NCBI RefSeq assembly: GCF_006345805.1
Contig: NW_021834724.1
Location: forward strand, 1 to 26,741
Length of the DNA stretch: 26,741 nt
Direction of reading: 5' to 3'
Source: Octopus sinensis
Taxonomy: Eukaryota
How positions within the stretch are numbered: position 1 is the stretch's first letter; each line of letters begins with the position of its first letter. Shown piece after piece: positions 11,733 to 23,383 of this stretch. The notes under the pieces are model-generated. The model searched no databases and had not been told where the DNA came from. It saw only the letters and a program-made list of their open reading frames with translations. The translations under genes and the position numbers were made by a program.

Positions 11733-12972
11733 TTGGGTCATCCCATAAATAACGCAGTTTTTTCGATTGCATGAACTAAAAGTCAGAGGGGGACAGGATA
11801 AACTACCCACATCAACTTACTATAAAAGCAGGTAGTAATTTTACTTCATCCTTATTCTTAGTGCAAGTTTTTGAAGAATGCAGTTTGATTTTAACAGTTA
11901 TTTTTTCAAAACTGTAATGGAAGATACAAAGGAGCATAGTCAGCATATTTTGCTTCATGACTTCAATAAAGGCAACAATGCAATGGAAAGTGTGAGGAAT
12001 GTTAATGCAGTATATGGGGATCAGACAATAAGCATAAGCCAGTGTCAATAGTAGTTCCAGAAATTCCAAGCTGGAAACTACAGCCTAGAAGATGCACCTC
12101 ATCCTGGAAGATCTGTAGAGTTTGACGAGGACATCCTGCAAACCCTGGTGGAAAAAAATTCCATTGTAATTGTTGAGGAACTAGCAGAGAAGCTTGGATT
12201 TGGTCATTCAACCGTTCATCAACACCAGTGTGCCATCAGAAAAGTCAACAAATTGGGTCAATGCATTCCTCACAAACTTTCCGAGTCTAATTGTGTGCAG
12301 AGAGTGAATGTGTGTTCTTCCTTGCTGTCATGTCCCACGAATGAACCTTTTTTTTTGGGGGGGGGGGGAGACTGAATAGTGACTGGTGACAAGAAATGAG
12401 TTCTCTATAAAAATGTCAAGCACCAAAGACAGTGGGTAGGGAAAGGAAAAATACCAGGCTAAAGAAGGTCTTCACCCATGTAAGGTAATATGTTTGGTGA
12501 AATATGAAAGTTTTAGTCCACTTTGAACTTTTAAACCTAAACCAAATAACAAAGGAGACCTACTGTGAGTAGTTTGAGCAGCTAAGGTGTTCTTCCATCA
12601 GGATAATGCTCAACCTCACACAGCAAGGATGACATTCCAAAGGCTGGAGCAGTTTGAATGGGAAACGATGCCCCACCCACTATATTTGCTGGATATTGCC
12701 CCATCTGATTATCATTTATTCCACAATTTTCAAAATCATTTGGACAGAAAGATATGAACTCTGTAGATGAGGTCAGAACAATACAGAAGGAGTTTTTTTT
12801 TTTTTTGTCACAGACAAGTGAATTTTGGAAGAGGGGCCTTGCAAGTCTACCAGATGGAAGAGCATTGTAAAACGTGAAGGAGAGTATATTTTAGATTAAA
12901 AAAGAACTTTGTTTCTCTTAATTTTGAAAAATAAAAGTATAAAAAATATGTAATATTTATGGGGTGACCCAA
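11733..12972 (+). mobile_element. Mariner (Tc1/mariner) DNA transposon, 1240 bp, decayed
   Basis: TIRs ttgggtcatcccataaat / atttatggggtgacccaa; TA duplication at 11731-11732 and 12973-12974. Confidence 0.95.
11917..12899 (+). pseudogene. Mariner transposase pseudogene
   Basis: MEDTKEH...SLEDAPHPGRS...CIPHKL (WVPHEL motif)...IVTGDKK...HQDNAQPH...DIAPSDYHLF...GEYILD*; several stops and frameshifts, including T8G12 at 12349-12368. Confidence 0.93.
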
Positions 12973-13221
12973 TAATATTGATGATGGTGATGTTGATGGT
13001 GATGATGATGGTGGTAGTAGTGTGATGATGATGGCAATGCCAATGATAGTAGTAATGATGATGGTAGTGACGGTATTTTTTTAACATTGAGGCCATTTAT
13101 ATTTGCGTGCGTGTGTGTGTGTATGTGTGTGTGCGCGTGCATACGTATGTTGCATAAGGCTTTATAAAACACAGGGAAATATATCTACCAAGTAAAGCAG
13201 AAAAATTATACTATATATTAA

Positions 13222-13438
13222 CCCTTTAGCATTCAAATTGTTGTCAAATTAATACTTATTTATTCATATTGTTTTGAATTAATCATGCATTATTTTCCAG
13301 CTTTGAGATTTGGATGATGTGATTGTCTAGTTTTAGAACGACGTTGTAGGGTAGGTGTGAGAAGCTGGATATGGCTGGTTTGAACATAAAACAGGTAGAA
13401 TATTTGGGCCAAATATGGCCATTTTAGTTGCTAAACGA
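13222..13438. mobile_element. piggyBac-type MITE
   Basis: TTAA on both sides; ends ccctttagca / tgctaaacga (decayed); second copy at 22280-22495. Confidence 0.8.
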
Positions 13439-13632
13439 TTAAGATGAATTAAAAATGCTTTTTTAAATGATGCAAATAAGCAAATATATATATATATCTA
13501 TAGTGAGGGTATGAGAGGTATTGATATCTAGATGACCCAGACAAGAAAGTAAAATTCAAACACAGGAAAAGTGTAAGAACAGCAGAGAGAGGTTGAATAT
13601 TTACCCTTATAAGACAGAAAAAAGTTGCCTAT

Positions 13633-13704
13633 AGACCACTATGGGAGTTGAACCTGTTCCCCTCAGATACCAGCTGAGTGCTCAGCCATTAAGCTAAACA
13701 GCCC
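13633..13704 (-). pseudogene. tRNA-like sequence with Thr-type GGT anticodon; pseudogene or SINE head
   Basis: A-box tagcttaatgg, anticodon arm ctcag-ctggtat-ctgag, B-box ggttcaactcc, downstream T6-7; mismatched acceptor stem. Confidence 0.6.
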
Positions 13705-13770
13705 CTGACAATAATCACTATCAATTTTGATGCTAAATCATAGCTTTCCAAATGCGACATTTTTCATAAC

Positions 13771-13841
13771 GGACTGCTTAGCTTAGTGGTAGAGCACACA
13801 GCCAGTATCTGAGGGGTACAGGTTCAACTCCCGTAGCCTCC
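13771..13841 (+). pseudogene. tRNA-like sequence with Thr-type AGT anticodon; pseudogene or SINE head
   Basis: D arm gctt-agtggta-gagc, anticodon arm cacag-ccagtat-ctgag, T arm acagg-ttcaact-cccgt, T6 at 13852-13857. Confidence 0.65.
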
Positions 13842-13975
13842 TGCTGGCAACTTTTTTCCATCTTATAAGGGTAAATACCCACTCTTTCTCAGCTACTCTT
13901 ACAGTTATACTATGTTCAAAATTTACTTTCTTGTCTGTAAAATACCAAACACATTTGACACTTCCAAGATTTGTT

Positions 13976-14017
<42 letters not shown>

Positions 14018-14289
14018 AATATTCTATAATTACAAACACTGTGTGTTACTGTCTGGGAGATTCTTACGGCAGTAGAAAAGGAATTTTTAACTCCTATTTC
14101 TAAATTCGATATGTGGTGAAGCAATTACCTGACCCCTAATTATAATTATGTTTATAATTATAGAATATTTGTATAATTTTACCCATAAAGGTTATTTTAA
14201 TGTACTGATCTACTTGGTAAAATTATTAATTAATTGATTGATTAATTAATTAAATTAATTTTACCCTTTTATTATTAATTTGAAAATAT

Positions 14290-14689
14290 TACTCTTTTAC
14301 TTGTTTCAGTCATTTGACTGCAGCCATGCTGGAGCACCGCCTTTAGTCGAGGAAATCGACCCCGGAACTTATTCTTTGTAAGCCCAATACTTATTCTATC
14401 GGTCTCTTTTGCCGAACCGCTAAGTGACGGGGACGTAAACACACCAACATCGGTTGTCAAGCAATGTGAGGGAGACAAACACAGACACACAAACACACAC
14501 ACACATACATATATATACATATATACAACAGGCTTCTTTCAGTTTCCGTCTACCAAATCCACTCACAAGGCATTGGTTGGCCCGAGGCTATAGCAGAAGA
14601 CACTTGCCCAAGGTGCCACGCAGTGGGACTGAACCCAGTACCATGGGGTTGGTTAGCAAGCTACTTACCACACAGCCACTCCTGCGCCT
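14290..14689 (-). mobile_element. SINE family A, full length, CpG-retaining (young)
   Basis: Head aggcgcaggagtggctgtgtggtaag...gggttcagtccc (A/B boxes); tail gactgaaacaagtaaaagagta. Confidence 0.95.
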
Positions 14690-14944
14690 GTATATATATA
14701 TATATATACATTTAAAGAAAAGGAAATGGAGATAATGAAGTTAATTTGTTAATAATAAATAATTGTTGACTTCCTTATCTCTATTTTCTTTCCTTCTTTT
14801 AAATGGACATAAGCTATATGCTTAATATATACCTATTGCTTTTAAGGGAATTTCATCCCCAACAATACTAGGTATTGTACCAGTATTTCCTTGGATGCAA
14901 CCATCCCTTCACAAGGTTAACATATCCTCTAATTAATCAAATTT

Positions 14945-14956
14945 ATATATATATTT

Positions 14957-15020
<64 letters not shown>
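14945..15020. repeat. (TA)n microsatellite
   Basis: Direct reading. Confidence 0.97.
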
Positions 15021-15023
<3 letters not shown>

Positions 15024-15408
15024 GTATAAGATGGCTGGATAGATAGATAGATATAGAATGGCTGGGTTGATAGATATATACATACATCTTTATTTAATGC
15101 TTCTTTTCCATGCTAGCATCATTTACGTTGGTGTAAATACTGAGACAGGCTTTATATGGCAAGATGCACTTCTTGTCTGCAACCTTTACCTCTTTTACAA
15201 GGAAGACTCCTGAAGTGCAGATCTTGAGATGATTTGTTGACAAAGAAATGTCAATAAACTTTACTGGTTGCAGCCCCATCACAATGTCACTGCTTGTAGC
15301 TGGGAACCAAATGCTAATGCCAGCTCGGTAGTTTTGTAAACATTCACAAAAACATACATGCAAACACACGCACATATATATTCTGATAAGTATAGATACT
15401 TTTATATA

Positions 15409-15792
15409 TACTCTTTTACTTGTTTCAGTCATTTGACTGCGGCCATGCTGGAGCATCACCTTTAGTCGAGCAAATTGACCCCAGGACTTATTCTTTGTTA
15501 GCCTAGCACTTATTCTATCGGTCTCTTTTGCCAAACTGCTAAGTTACAGGGACGTAAACACACCAGCATCAGTTGTCGAGCGATGTTGGGGGAACAAACA
15601 CACAAACATAAATATATATACATATATACGACAGGCTTCTTTCAGTTTCCGTCTACCAAATCCACTCACAAGGCTTTGGTTGGCCTGAGGCTTTAGTAGA
15701 GAACACTTGACCAAGGTGCCACGCAGTGGGACTGAACCCAGAACCATGTGGTTGGTAAGCAAGCTACTTACCACACAGCCAATCCTGTGCCT
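15409..15792 (-). mobile_element. SINE family A, full length
   Basis: Collinear with 14290-14689. Confidence 0.95.
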
Positions 15793-16419
15793 ATGTATAA
15801 TTTAGTTATAGGATTCTCAAGAATCAAAGGACACCAAAATGGCTACATATGATCACACAGGGCTCACAATAAAATAAAACAACATTGAATATTGCAAGTG
15901 TTGGCAGGATTCAGGAAATATGCAAGTATCAAACCCAATTTCTAACTGTAGACCCCAACTCCCCAGTTGGTCCTTGGCACGGTGCAGGTATAAAAAGTAA
16001 ACACAAATGGCATATAAAATTTACAACAGCTGTTTTAGTTGCTAAATTTTAAATGCCATTTCTGTTTACTATTGATACACACACACATCTATATACACAC
16101 GCACATATATATATATAGACACATATATAGTCATGCATAAATATAGATATAGACCTATATATACACACACAAATGCATGTGTATATACATATGCATATAA
16201 ACACATAAATGGCGGTGCCCCAGCATGGCCACAGCTCAAGAGCTGAAACTGGAAAACATAAACATAATACACACACAATAGTCTTTGGTCAGCCCAGGCT
16301 ATAGAAGACACTTACCCAAGACATCACAGTGGGACTAATTTTGTGTGTATGTGTGTGTATACATATATACATGCACAAATTTAATTACATAAAATATAAA
16401 AGCAAAAACAAAATACAAG

Positions 16420-17235
16420 CAATCAATCAACACAAGTGGGAAGCCATCACAAAGTATGTTGGATGAGAGTCCTCCAAGACTCTGACCATCTTCCCAAAAA
16501 AAGTTTTCCCCATATCCTCTAGGCATTCCAATTTTAGATGAGACCATCAGCATTGGTTTTCATCAGTAACGTATTATCTGAGTGCCTTTTTAAGTCTGGC
16601 CCTATTTGCTCCTCCTCAGCACACCGTTTTCATATTCTAGCTTCATGCCTCAGTTTAAGTACTCGTTGGTGATTCACAAGACATCCAGAGATGGGGGTGT
16701 ACTCCTCTTTGCTGTTCTTACACTTCTTAGCTTTGAGCTTGTTTCCTTTCTTACATGCCTTTTTCCTCTTTGCTTTGCCTTTCATGATAGTTTTCCATTA
16801 CTCTGCCTAGTCTCTATTTATTCACCAACATTGGAAGACACTGGAATGGAACTTCTGAGCTAAGTTCTCTTGGCTTCCAAGTCATCAGCTCCTGACATCA
16901 AGGATGAGGTGAGATTTTCAACTACTCAAGAATCTGCAACCAGTTGTTCTCCAGAGAAAGCCATTTCTGATAGCTTATGGTCTTAGGATGGTCTCTACTA
17001 CTGTTTGTTTATCTCTCTCTCTCTCCCATCCTCTGCTTTTCTAGTTCCTCTAAGAAAAAGCCCTCCAGAAGCTCTTAATGCCCCACAACAGACTTTCAGC
17101 CTTATACCACTAGTCCAATTGCTCTTCTTTGTGGCCCCCACAATGGAATATTCTTGAATAGCTTTATTGTCATCAAGATTTGTCAAGATTTGCATGTCTA
17201 TACAGACCCCACAGTACCCAATGATGTTTCTCATT
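16420..17235 (-). mobile_element. Third decayed L1/Tx1-like remnant
   Basis: Reverse strand LGLVV*G*KSVVGH resembles RLVxxGRRP..GH; ggaagatg..tcaga near the 3' end is shared with the 3066-3150 region. Confidence 0.35.
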
Positions 17236-17299
17236 ACCTATACACACACAAGCTAACCATCCAGTATAAAAATATAATTATTGCATGAATTTGGATTAA

Positions 17300-18270
17300 A
17301 TTTGCCAATACAAAATAATGACCATTAGTGAACATTGTGATTGCAGTTTTCACCTGTTATTGTTGATTTTAACCTGATGTTGTCATGTTACTGTCAGCAG
17401 TCAATGTAGGTTGAATATAGATATTTGACAAGAGGTAGGTATTTTTACACATATTTACTAGATACCGATTTCTGGTCATTTATTTTCTGTATTCAACACA
17501 GAATTTGTGCTTCAATAGTCTCCATAACTTGGAAGTTGCACAACAAGCATCAGAAAGTATTCCAAGATATACTCTCATCTCCTCCATCGATGTAATGAAA
17601 AATGGTGTTGCCCTGTTAATGCATATACCTTGGGCTCATCATCCATCATGACAAACATTGCTTCAGGAAAAAGTTGAAGAAATACACAATGGGATAAGCT
17701 TCTTAGTTCAAAGGATCCACATCACTAATAAAAGCATCAATACAAGGATCAACAATATAATCAATTCACCCCGGTTCAAGATCAACTTTGTCTTCACTGC
17801 TCAACAAATTCAGGTATAAATTATCAATCAGAACCACTTAAGTTACTGATATGTACATATGACATTGAAATATCTCACTGATTACCTGTTCCAGGTCAAA
17901 GTTCTCTTATTAAATAATGAGACCAAATTCTAAATCACCACTTGAGGTATCCTACCATGAAACTCGCAAGTCAAAACATGGAAAGAATCCAAAAGAAATT
18001 CACTGAATGAAAAACAAATACAGATACATACAATGTTAACATGAAGTCTTTCAACAGGAAATTCTTTCCAAAATGAGGGTAAACTTCATTCTTTGCACAA
18101 AAGTGGGCTTAATTTCCATGGGGTTTTTTTCATTCCCAAACAACAAATCTTGAATTTTAGTTACATCTTGTTCAGGACTTAGCAACAGACACCCTGCTTT
18201 GCTTGATGTAGCACAGTGACCAAGGCTTCCTTTAACTTTCTGCAGAAATATGGAAACTTTGAACTGGCTT
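17300..18270 (+). mobile_element. Heavily decayed CR1/L2-like LINE reverse-transcriptase C-terminal region
   Basis: SIDVMKNGVA (cf. V.SGVPQG) near 17585-17612 and NMERIQKKFTE (cf. LERVQRRFTK) at about 17975-18007; no open frame. Confidence 0.5.
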
Positions 18271-18301
18271 GCTAGGTTTCTTTCTTTCTTTTTTTTTCAC
18301 C

Positions 18302-18486
18302 TGTGTCGGTGGCACATAAAATCACCCACTACACTCTCGGAGTGGTTGGCGTTAGGAAGGGCATCCAGCTGTAGAAACACTGCCAGATCTGACTGGCCTG
18401 GTGCAGCCTTCGGGCTCCCCAGACCCCAGTTGAACCGTCCAACCCATGCTAGCATGGAAAGCGGACGTTAAATGATGATGATGATA
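18302..18486 (+). mobile_element. RTE-type 3' end/SINE family C, young, 5'-truncated
   Basis: gtggttggcgttaggaagggcatccagc...aacccatgctagcatggaaagcggacgttaaa(tga)n; older relatives near 8210, 11437, 15092, 21320 and 21445. Confidence 0.8.
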
Positions 18487-18642
18487 ATTTTGAAAAACAA
18501 AGTTGTCATTTTCCTCCATACCTTTTCCTAGAAAACTCTTCAGGTAAAGAGACACTATCTTTTGTGATGTAACTTTTCCATGCCTCCCTCCTTTTCTGGA
18601 AATGACTAAAGTCTTTTTAGCAAATAGCACTACCAAAAGTAG

Positions 18643-18867
18643 TCCTTTCTACTATAGGCACAAGGCCTGATATTGTGGGGGAGGGGGCAAGTCAATTACA
18701 TCAACCTCAGTGCATAACTGGTGCTTAATTTATCAAACCTGAAAAGATGAAAGGCAAAGTTGACCTCAGCGGAATTTGAACTCAGAACGTCGTGATTGGT
18801 AAAATACTACTAAGCATTTCATCCAGCATGCTAACGACTCTGCCAACTCGCCGCCTTAGTAGTAGTA

Positions 18868-18902
<35 letters not shown>

Positions 18903-19629
18903 TTCTAATGCAAGCACAAGACCAGAAATTTTGGAGAAAGCAGATAAATCGCAATGTCATTATTTGATTGTTACTTTATTTTTTAATAATAATAATAATG
19001 ATTTCAAATTTTTCCACAAGGACAGCAATTTTAAAGGAGAGGATTCAACCCCAGTGTTCAACTGGTACTTATTTTATCAACCCCAAAAGGATGAAAGGTA
19101 AAGTCGACCTCGGTGGAATTTGAACTCAGAACATAACAATGGGCGAAATACCACTAAGCATTTCATCTGGCGTGCTAACAATTCTGCCAGCTTGCTGCAA
19201 TCTTTTCTGCTATAGACACAAGACCTGAAATTTTCGGGGAAAGGAGCCAGTTGATGTAATCAACCCCAGTGTTCAACTAGTACTTATTTCATTGACTCCA
19301 AAAGGATGAAAGACAAGTTAACCCCGGCAGAATTTGAACTAAAGATAGATGAAATGTTGTTAAGCATTTTGCCTGTTTTGCAAACAATTCTGCCAGCTTG
19401 ACGCCTTCTTAATAATAATAATAATTATAATTGTTTCTAAAATAGGTACAAAATCCAGGAATTCGGAGGAGAAGGAGCTAATCAATACCAGTACTTGATT
19501 CCTGTGCTAGACTGATACTTTATTTTATTGACCCTGAAAGAATGAAAGGTAAAACTGACCTTGTAAAAAGCCAGAACAAATACCATAAGGCATTTTCTTT
19601 GATAACCATTCTGCCAATCCACCACCCTT
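18643..19629 (-). mobile_element. Head-to-tail array of about five SINE family B copies (18643-18857, 18900-18975 partial, 18990-19198, 19201-19408, 19430-19629)
   Basis: Reverse-strand heads aggcggcgagttggcaga...gagttcaaattccgc with (ATT)n tails between copies. Confidence 0.92.
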
Positions 19630-19672
19630 AGCAATAACAACAATGACACCAACAACAACAAAATCAACTTAC

Positions 19673-19713
19673 TTTGATAAGTAACCCATGTCATGCAACA
19701 GCCAAAGTAGTGC
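19673..19713 (-). CDS. MEN1: Menin 41-nt coding exon: ALLWLLHDMGYLS(K)
   Basis: Matches human KLLWLLYDLGHLER. Polypyrimidine tract ttctattttttctgttttttgaAG, donor GTaagt. Phase 0 in, phase 2 out, which joins the two flanking exons in frame. Confidence 0.95.
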
Positions 19714-20202
19714 CTTCAAAAAACAGAAAAAATAGAACAAATTAGTGTGTTGAAAATGCTTTCACAACAATTCAAGACTTTACAAGGGATGATACTTTAA
19801 CATAGAAACAGAACTAATTAGATGTGATAACTAAATGAAGATGCCTTAAACAAGATACGAATTAAATATTAGATACACATACACTTTATATTGTATACTT
19901 GTATTATATATAAATAATAAGTACTTGTATTATAGATTACAAAGGATTTCAAACATAGAATAGAGAGGCATCATTCATTTAAGTAAGCCTGATTTACTAT
20001 CGCTTATATCAAATATTCTGTCTTAACATCCACTGCAGTTTTCATTATTCTCAACAATAATGATTTCCAGTATAAAGCAGAAGGCCAGATATTTTGGGTG
20101 GGGGAAGAAAATATCTTTCATCTTTTACTTGTTTCAGTCACTGGCTGGTGGCCATGCTGGGGCACTATCTTGCAGAGTTTTAGTCGAATAAATCATACCT
20201 AT

Positions 20203-20594
20203 ATTGTTGTATTTCGGAATGGTCATTTTGCTAGTTTAGCCAATAAAAACACACACACTATATATTTGGTGTTACTTTGCTTCGGCGTTACTTATTTTTT
20301 ACATTAATCTTAATCTTATTTTGGCCAGAGTTCTTTCGTCACACTCCTGTGACCGCATCAGTGGTCCTTTGCTTTCTTCTTTCTTATTTGTGTCTCTCCT
20401 TACTAACCGTCAGCCATTTTGTATTTCTATTGTATGTCTTCATTTGCGCATGCTTATATCTCTATGTGCGTCTATGTTTAGTCAGTGTGTGTGTGTGAGG
20501 GGGGATGTTTGTAATATTTGTATCTCCAGTTTATATACGTTTGTGTAATTTGTTTTTGCTTATTCTTATTTTGTACATGTGTTTACACTCACTA

Positions 20595-20626
<32 letters not shown>

Positions 20627-20861
20627 GTATATATGTATAACAATAATAATAGTAATAATAATAAAAAAATTTTTTTTTAATTTTAAAAAAAATGTATATA
20701 GTTATTTTACTTCCATTTGTTTATTTATCTGTGTATTTTATTTTATTATGTTTTCAGTTTTGTTCATATTGTAACCAGTTTATGGGGATCCTCTTCTGTC
20801 ATATGTTGTGGTGTGTGCTAGTGTTCCATTCCAGTTTCCTATTCAGGCTATATAAACGTAA
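20203..20861 (-). mobile_element. 659-bp retro-insertion with 13-bp target-site duplication, Penelope-like
   Basis: aaatcatacctat at 20190-20202 and 20862-20874; hammerhead-like motif inside. Confidence 0.8.
20323..20367 (-). ncRNA. Minimal type I hammerhead-ribozyme-like motif with variant core
   Basis: GGACCA CUGAUGC G GUCAC-aggagu-GUGAC GAAA GAAC UC^UGGCC. Confidence 0.6.
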
Positions 20862-21141
20862 AAATCATACCTATGTTTATTTTAAGTCAGGTATTTATAC
20901 TGTCAATCCCTTTTGTCAAACTACTAAGTTATGGGGGACATAAACTGACCACTGTGTGTTGTCAAGCAGTAGGGAACAGATACAAATGCAAAACACACAC
21001 ACACACACACATATATATATACAAAGGGTTTCTTTCAGCTTCCATCTACCAAATCCACACACAAGGTGTTAGTCAATCTGGAGCTCTAGTAAGACATTTG
21101 CTCCAGGCGCCACACAGCAGTATCAAACATGAAAGCATATT

Positions 21142-21760
21142 GTTGGGAAGCAAACTTCTTACGACACAGCCTCACCTGCACCTACGCAAGTATTGCTGTG
21201 TGGTTAAGATAGCCAGTTAAATTGATTCAAGTATGTAACTGGTTATTTTTTAAACTCTAAAATGTCTCCAGAGCAGAGGTGGAAGACTCTTTACCCATGG
21301 GTAAAATTTATATTGTCCAAACCATACCAGCATGAAAAATGGACATTAAAAATCATGATGACGATAATTTAATGATTTAAAATTGAAACAGTCCACTGTT
21401 GAAGGTTCTGGAAACACATGAAAATAACAACTTAGGTCTTAATATCATTATCATCATCATTTAATGCTCACTTTCCATGCTGGCATGGGTTAGACAGTTT
21501 GACTGAAACCGGTAAGCCAGGTGGCTGCACCAGGCTCCAGTCTGATTCGGCATAGTCTCTACAGCTGGATGCCCTTAGTAGTAATAATAATAATAATAAT
21601 AATCAACTTATCCTCTCCCTCAAAATTGCTCTGGAAGCATTCTGGAGTTAAAAAAATAACCAGTTACATACTTGAATCAATTCAACTGGTTATCTTAACC
21701 ACACAGCAATACTTGTGTAGGTGCAGGTGTGACTGTGTGGTAAGAAGCTTGCTTCCCAAC
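21142..21760. repeat. Local inverted duplication (21142-21275 / 21627-21760)
   Basis: About 134-bp arms covering a SINE A head and the adjacent sequence caagtattgctgtgtggttaagata...ccagagca. Confidence 0.9.
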
Positions 21761-22279
21761 CACTCCAAGAGTGTAATAGATGCTTTTTACATGTTACCAG
21801 TACCAGTACATGACACCAGCAACAACCACAACTACAATTTCACAGGTGCCATTTGAACACTAAAGGGTTAATGATTGAATTTTGTTTTTTTGTACTGAAA
21901 TATTTGTTGTAAGGAATATTATTTATTAATTAGCATATCACAGAATTGCTTCATGAAGAAGGTTCCCCCCACCACCACCACAGACCCAGGGCCAATGAGG
22001 CCCAGCAGCTCTTTAGTGGCTTATCTAAAAGAAGGTAACTCCCTACAAATCCGGCATCATAACTATTGGGGATAGTGGCACTTGTTGCACCAAACCAACA
22101 CAAGTTTGAAGGACAGCAGTGTGGAACTGGCTCTGCACAAACCATGCTTACCATAATACTGTTCATCATGCAGGTTATTCAGAAAACAAAGACACCAACA
22201 CAAACATCATGTGTTATCATATCCAATGGATATGACAAAACATTGATCTAAGGACAATGTGAAACTGTATCTTGCTTAG

Positions 22280-22495
22280 CCCCTTAGCATTCAGATTATT
22301 GTATCAAATGTAATGTCTACTTATTCACACAGTTTTACCTTAATTATACTCTATTTTGTAGTTTTGAGTTTTTGATGATGTGATTATCTATTTTGCAGAA
22401 CGACACTCTAGGGCAGGTGTAAGAGACCCAATCTGCCCTGTTTGGACATAAAGTATGTAGAACATTTCGGCCCTATATGGCCAGGATAAATGCTA
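22280..22495. mobile_element. piggyBac-type MITE, decayed second copy
   Basis: Collinear with 13222-13438. Confidence 0.75.
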
Positions 22496-22743
22496 TCAAT
22501 AGAGTAATTTAAATATGACATATCTATGAATTTATAAAATTAAAGATTTCATTAGTTTTCTTGACAAAGTGTCCCAACTGAGTTCTAATCTTTTTCTGTA
22601 ACTCCTTGATAGATTCTCCATAAAAACACATTCGGTAACAAATCACCAATAACTATATGTAAAAAAATGTGTGTGTGTGTGTGTGAGTGAGTGTAACCTT
22701 GACCCTGACCCTAACCCTCCACACACAAATACACACATATACG

Positions 22744-23138
22744 TATTCTTTTATTCTATAACTTGTTTCAGTCATTTGACTGTGGCCATGCTGGAGGACT
22801 ACCTTGAAGGGTTTTAGTTGAACAAGCTTACCCCAGGACTTATATTTTTAAGCCTAGCACTTATTCAACCAGTCTCTTGCACCGGACTGCTAGTTTAAAA
22901 GGACATAAACACACCAACACCAAGTGGTGATGGGGAGACAAACACAGATACAAAGACACACACAAATATATATACAACAGGTTTCTTTCAGTTTCCACCT
23001 AGCAAATCCACCCACAAGGCTTTGGTCAGTCCAAGGCTATAGTAGAAGACACTTGCTCAAGGTGCCATGCAGTGGGACTGAACCTGGGACCATGTGGTTG
23101 GGAAGCAAGCTTTTTACCACACATCCATGTCTATGCCT
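22744..23138 (-). mobile_element. SINE family A, full length
   Basis: Collinear with 14290-14689. Confidence 0.92.
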
Positions 23139-23314
23139 CCACACAGTGCCATATATACATATACACACACACACACACATGCACATCCATGTGCATACAT
23201 AACAAGCTAGATTTACATTCAGGTTGTAAATTGGTTCATAAGTACCCCTTAACCCTTGTTATCATATTACTATGCACACACACCTATTCAAGTATAAATA
23301 ATACAAATACACAC

Positions 23315-23319
<5 letters not shown>

Positions 23320-23377
<58 letters not shown>
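23320..23377. repeat. (TA)n microsatellite
   Basis: Direct reading. Confidence 0.97.

Positions 23378-23383
<6 letters not shown>

Larger units (their letters stand above)
13538..13937. repeat. Foldback element with ~167-bp diverged inverted arms (13538-13704 / 13771-13937)
   Basis: cagacaagaaagtaaa / tttactttcttgtctg, ttacccttataaga / tcttataagggtaa and tRNA-like inner halves; (TA)n nearby on both sides. Confidence 0.85.
20120..21183 (-). mobile_element. SINE family A split by a later insertion (20120-20202 and 20862-21183)
   Basis: The two halves rejoin into a collinear SINE once 20203-20874 is removed. Confidence 0.85.

Noticed and set aside
13633-13841. Functional tRNA-Thr genes
   Set aside because: Mismatched acceptor and T stems, C at position 33 in the plus-strand copy and a GGT anticodon atypical for eukaryotes in the other; kept as tRNA-like only.
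17590-17615. Ankyrin-like GNTIFHY on the minus strand
   Set aside because: Surrounded by stops; better explained as the antisense of a decayed CR1-like RT.
22694-22718. Interstitial telomere-like repeat (taaccttgaccctgaccctaaccct)
   Set aside because: Only four degenerate units among microsatellites.
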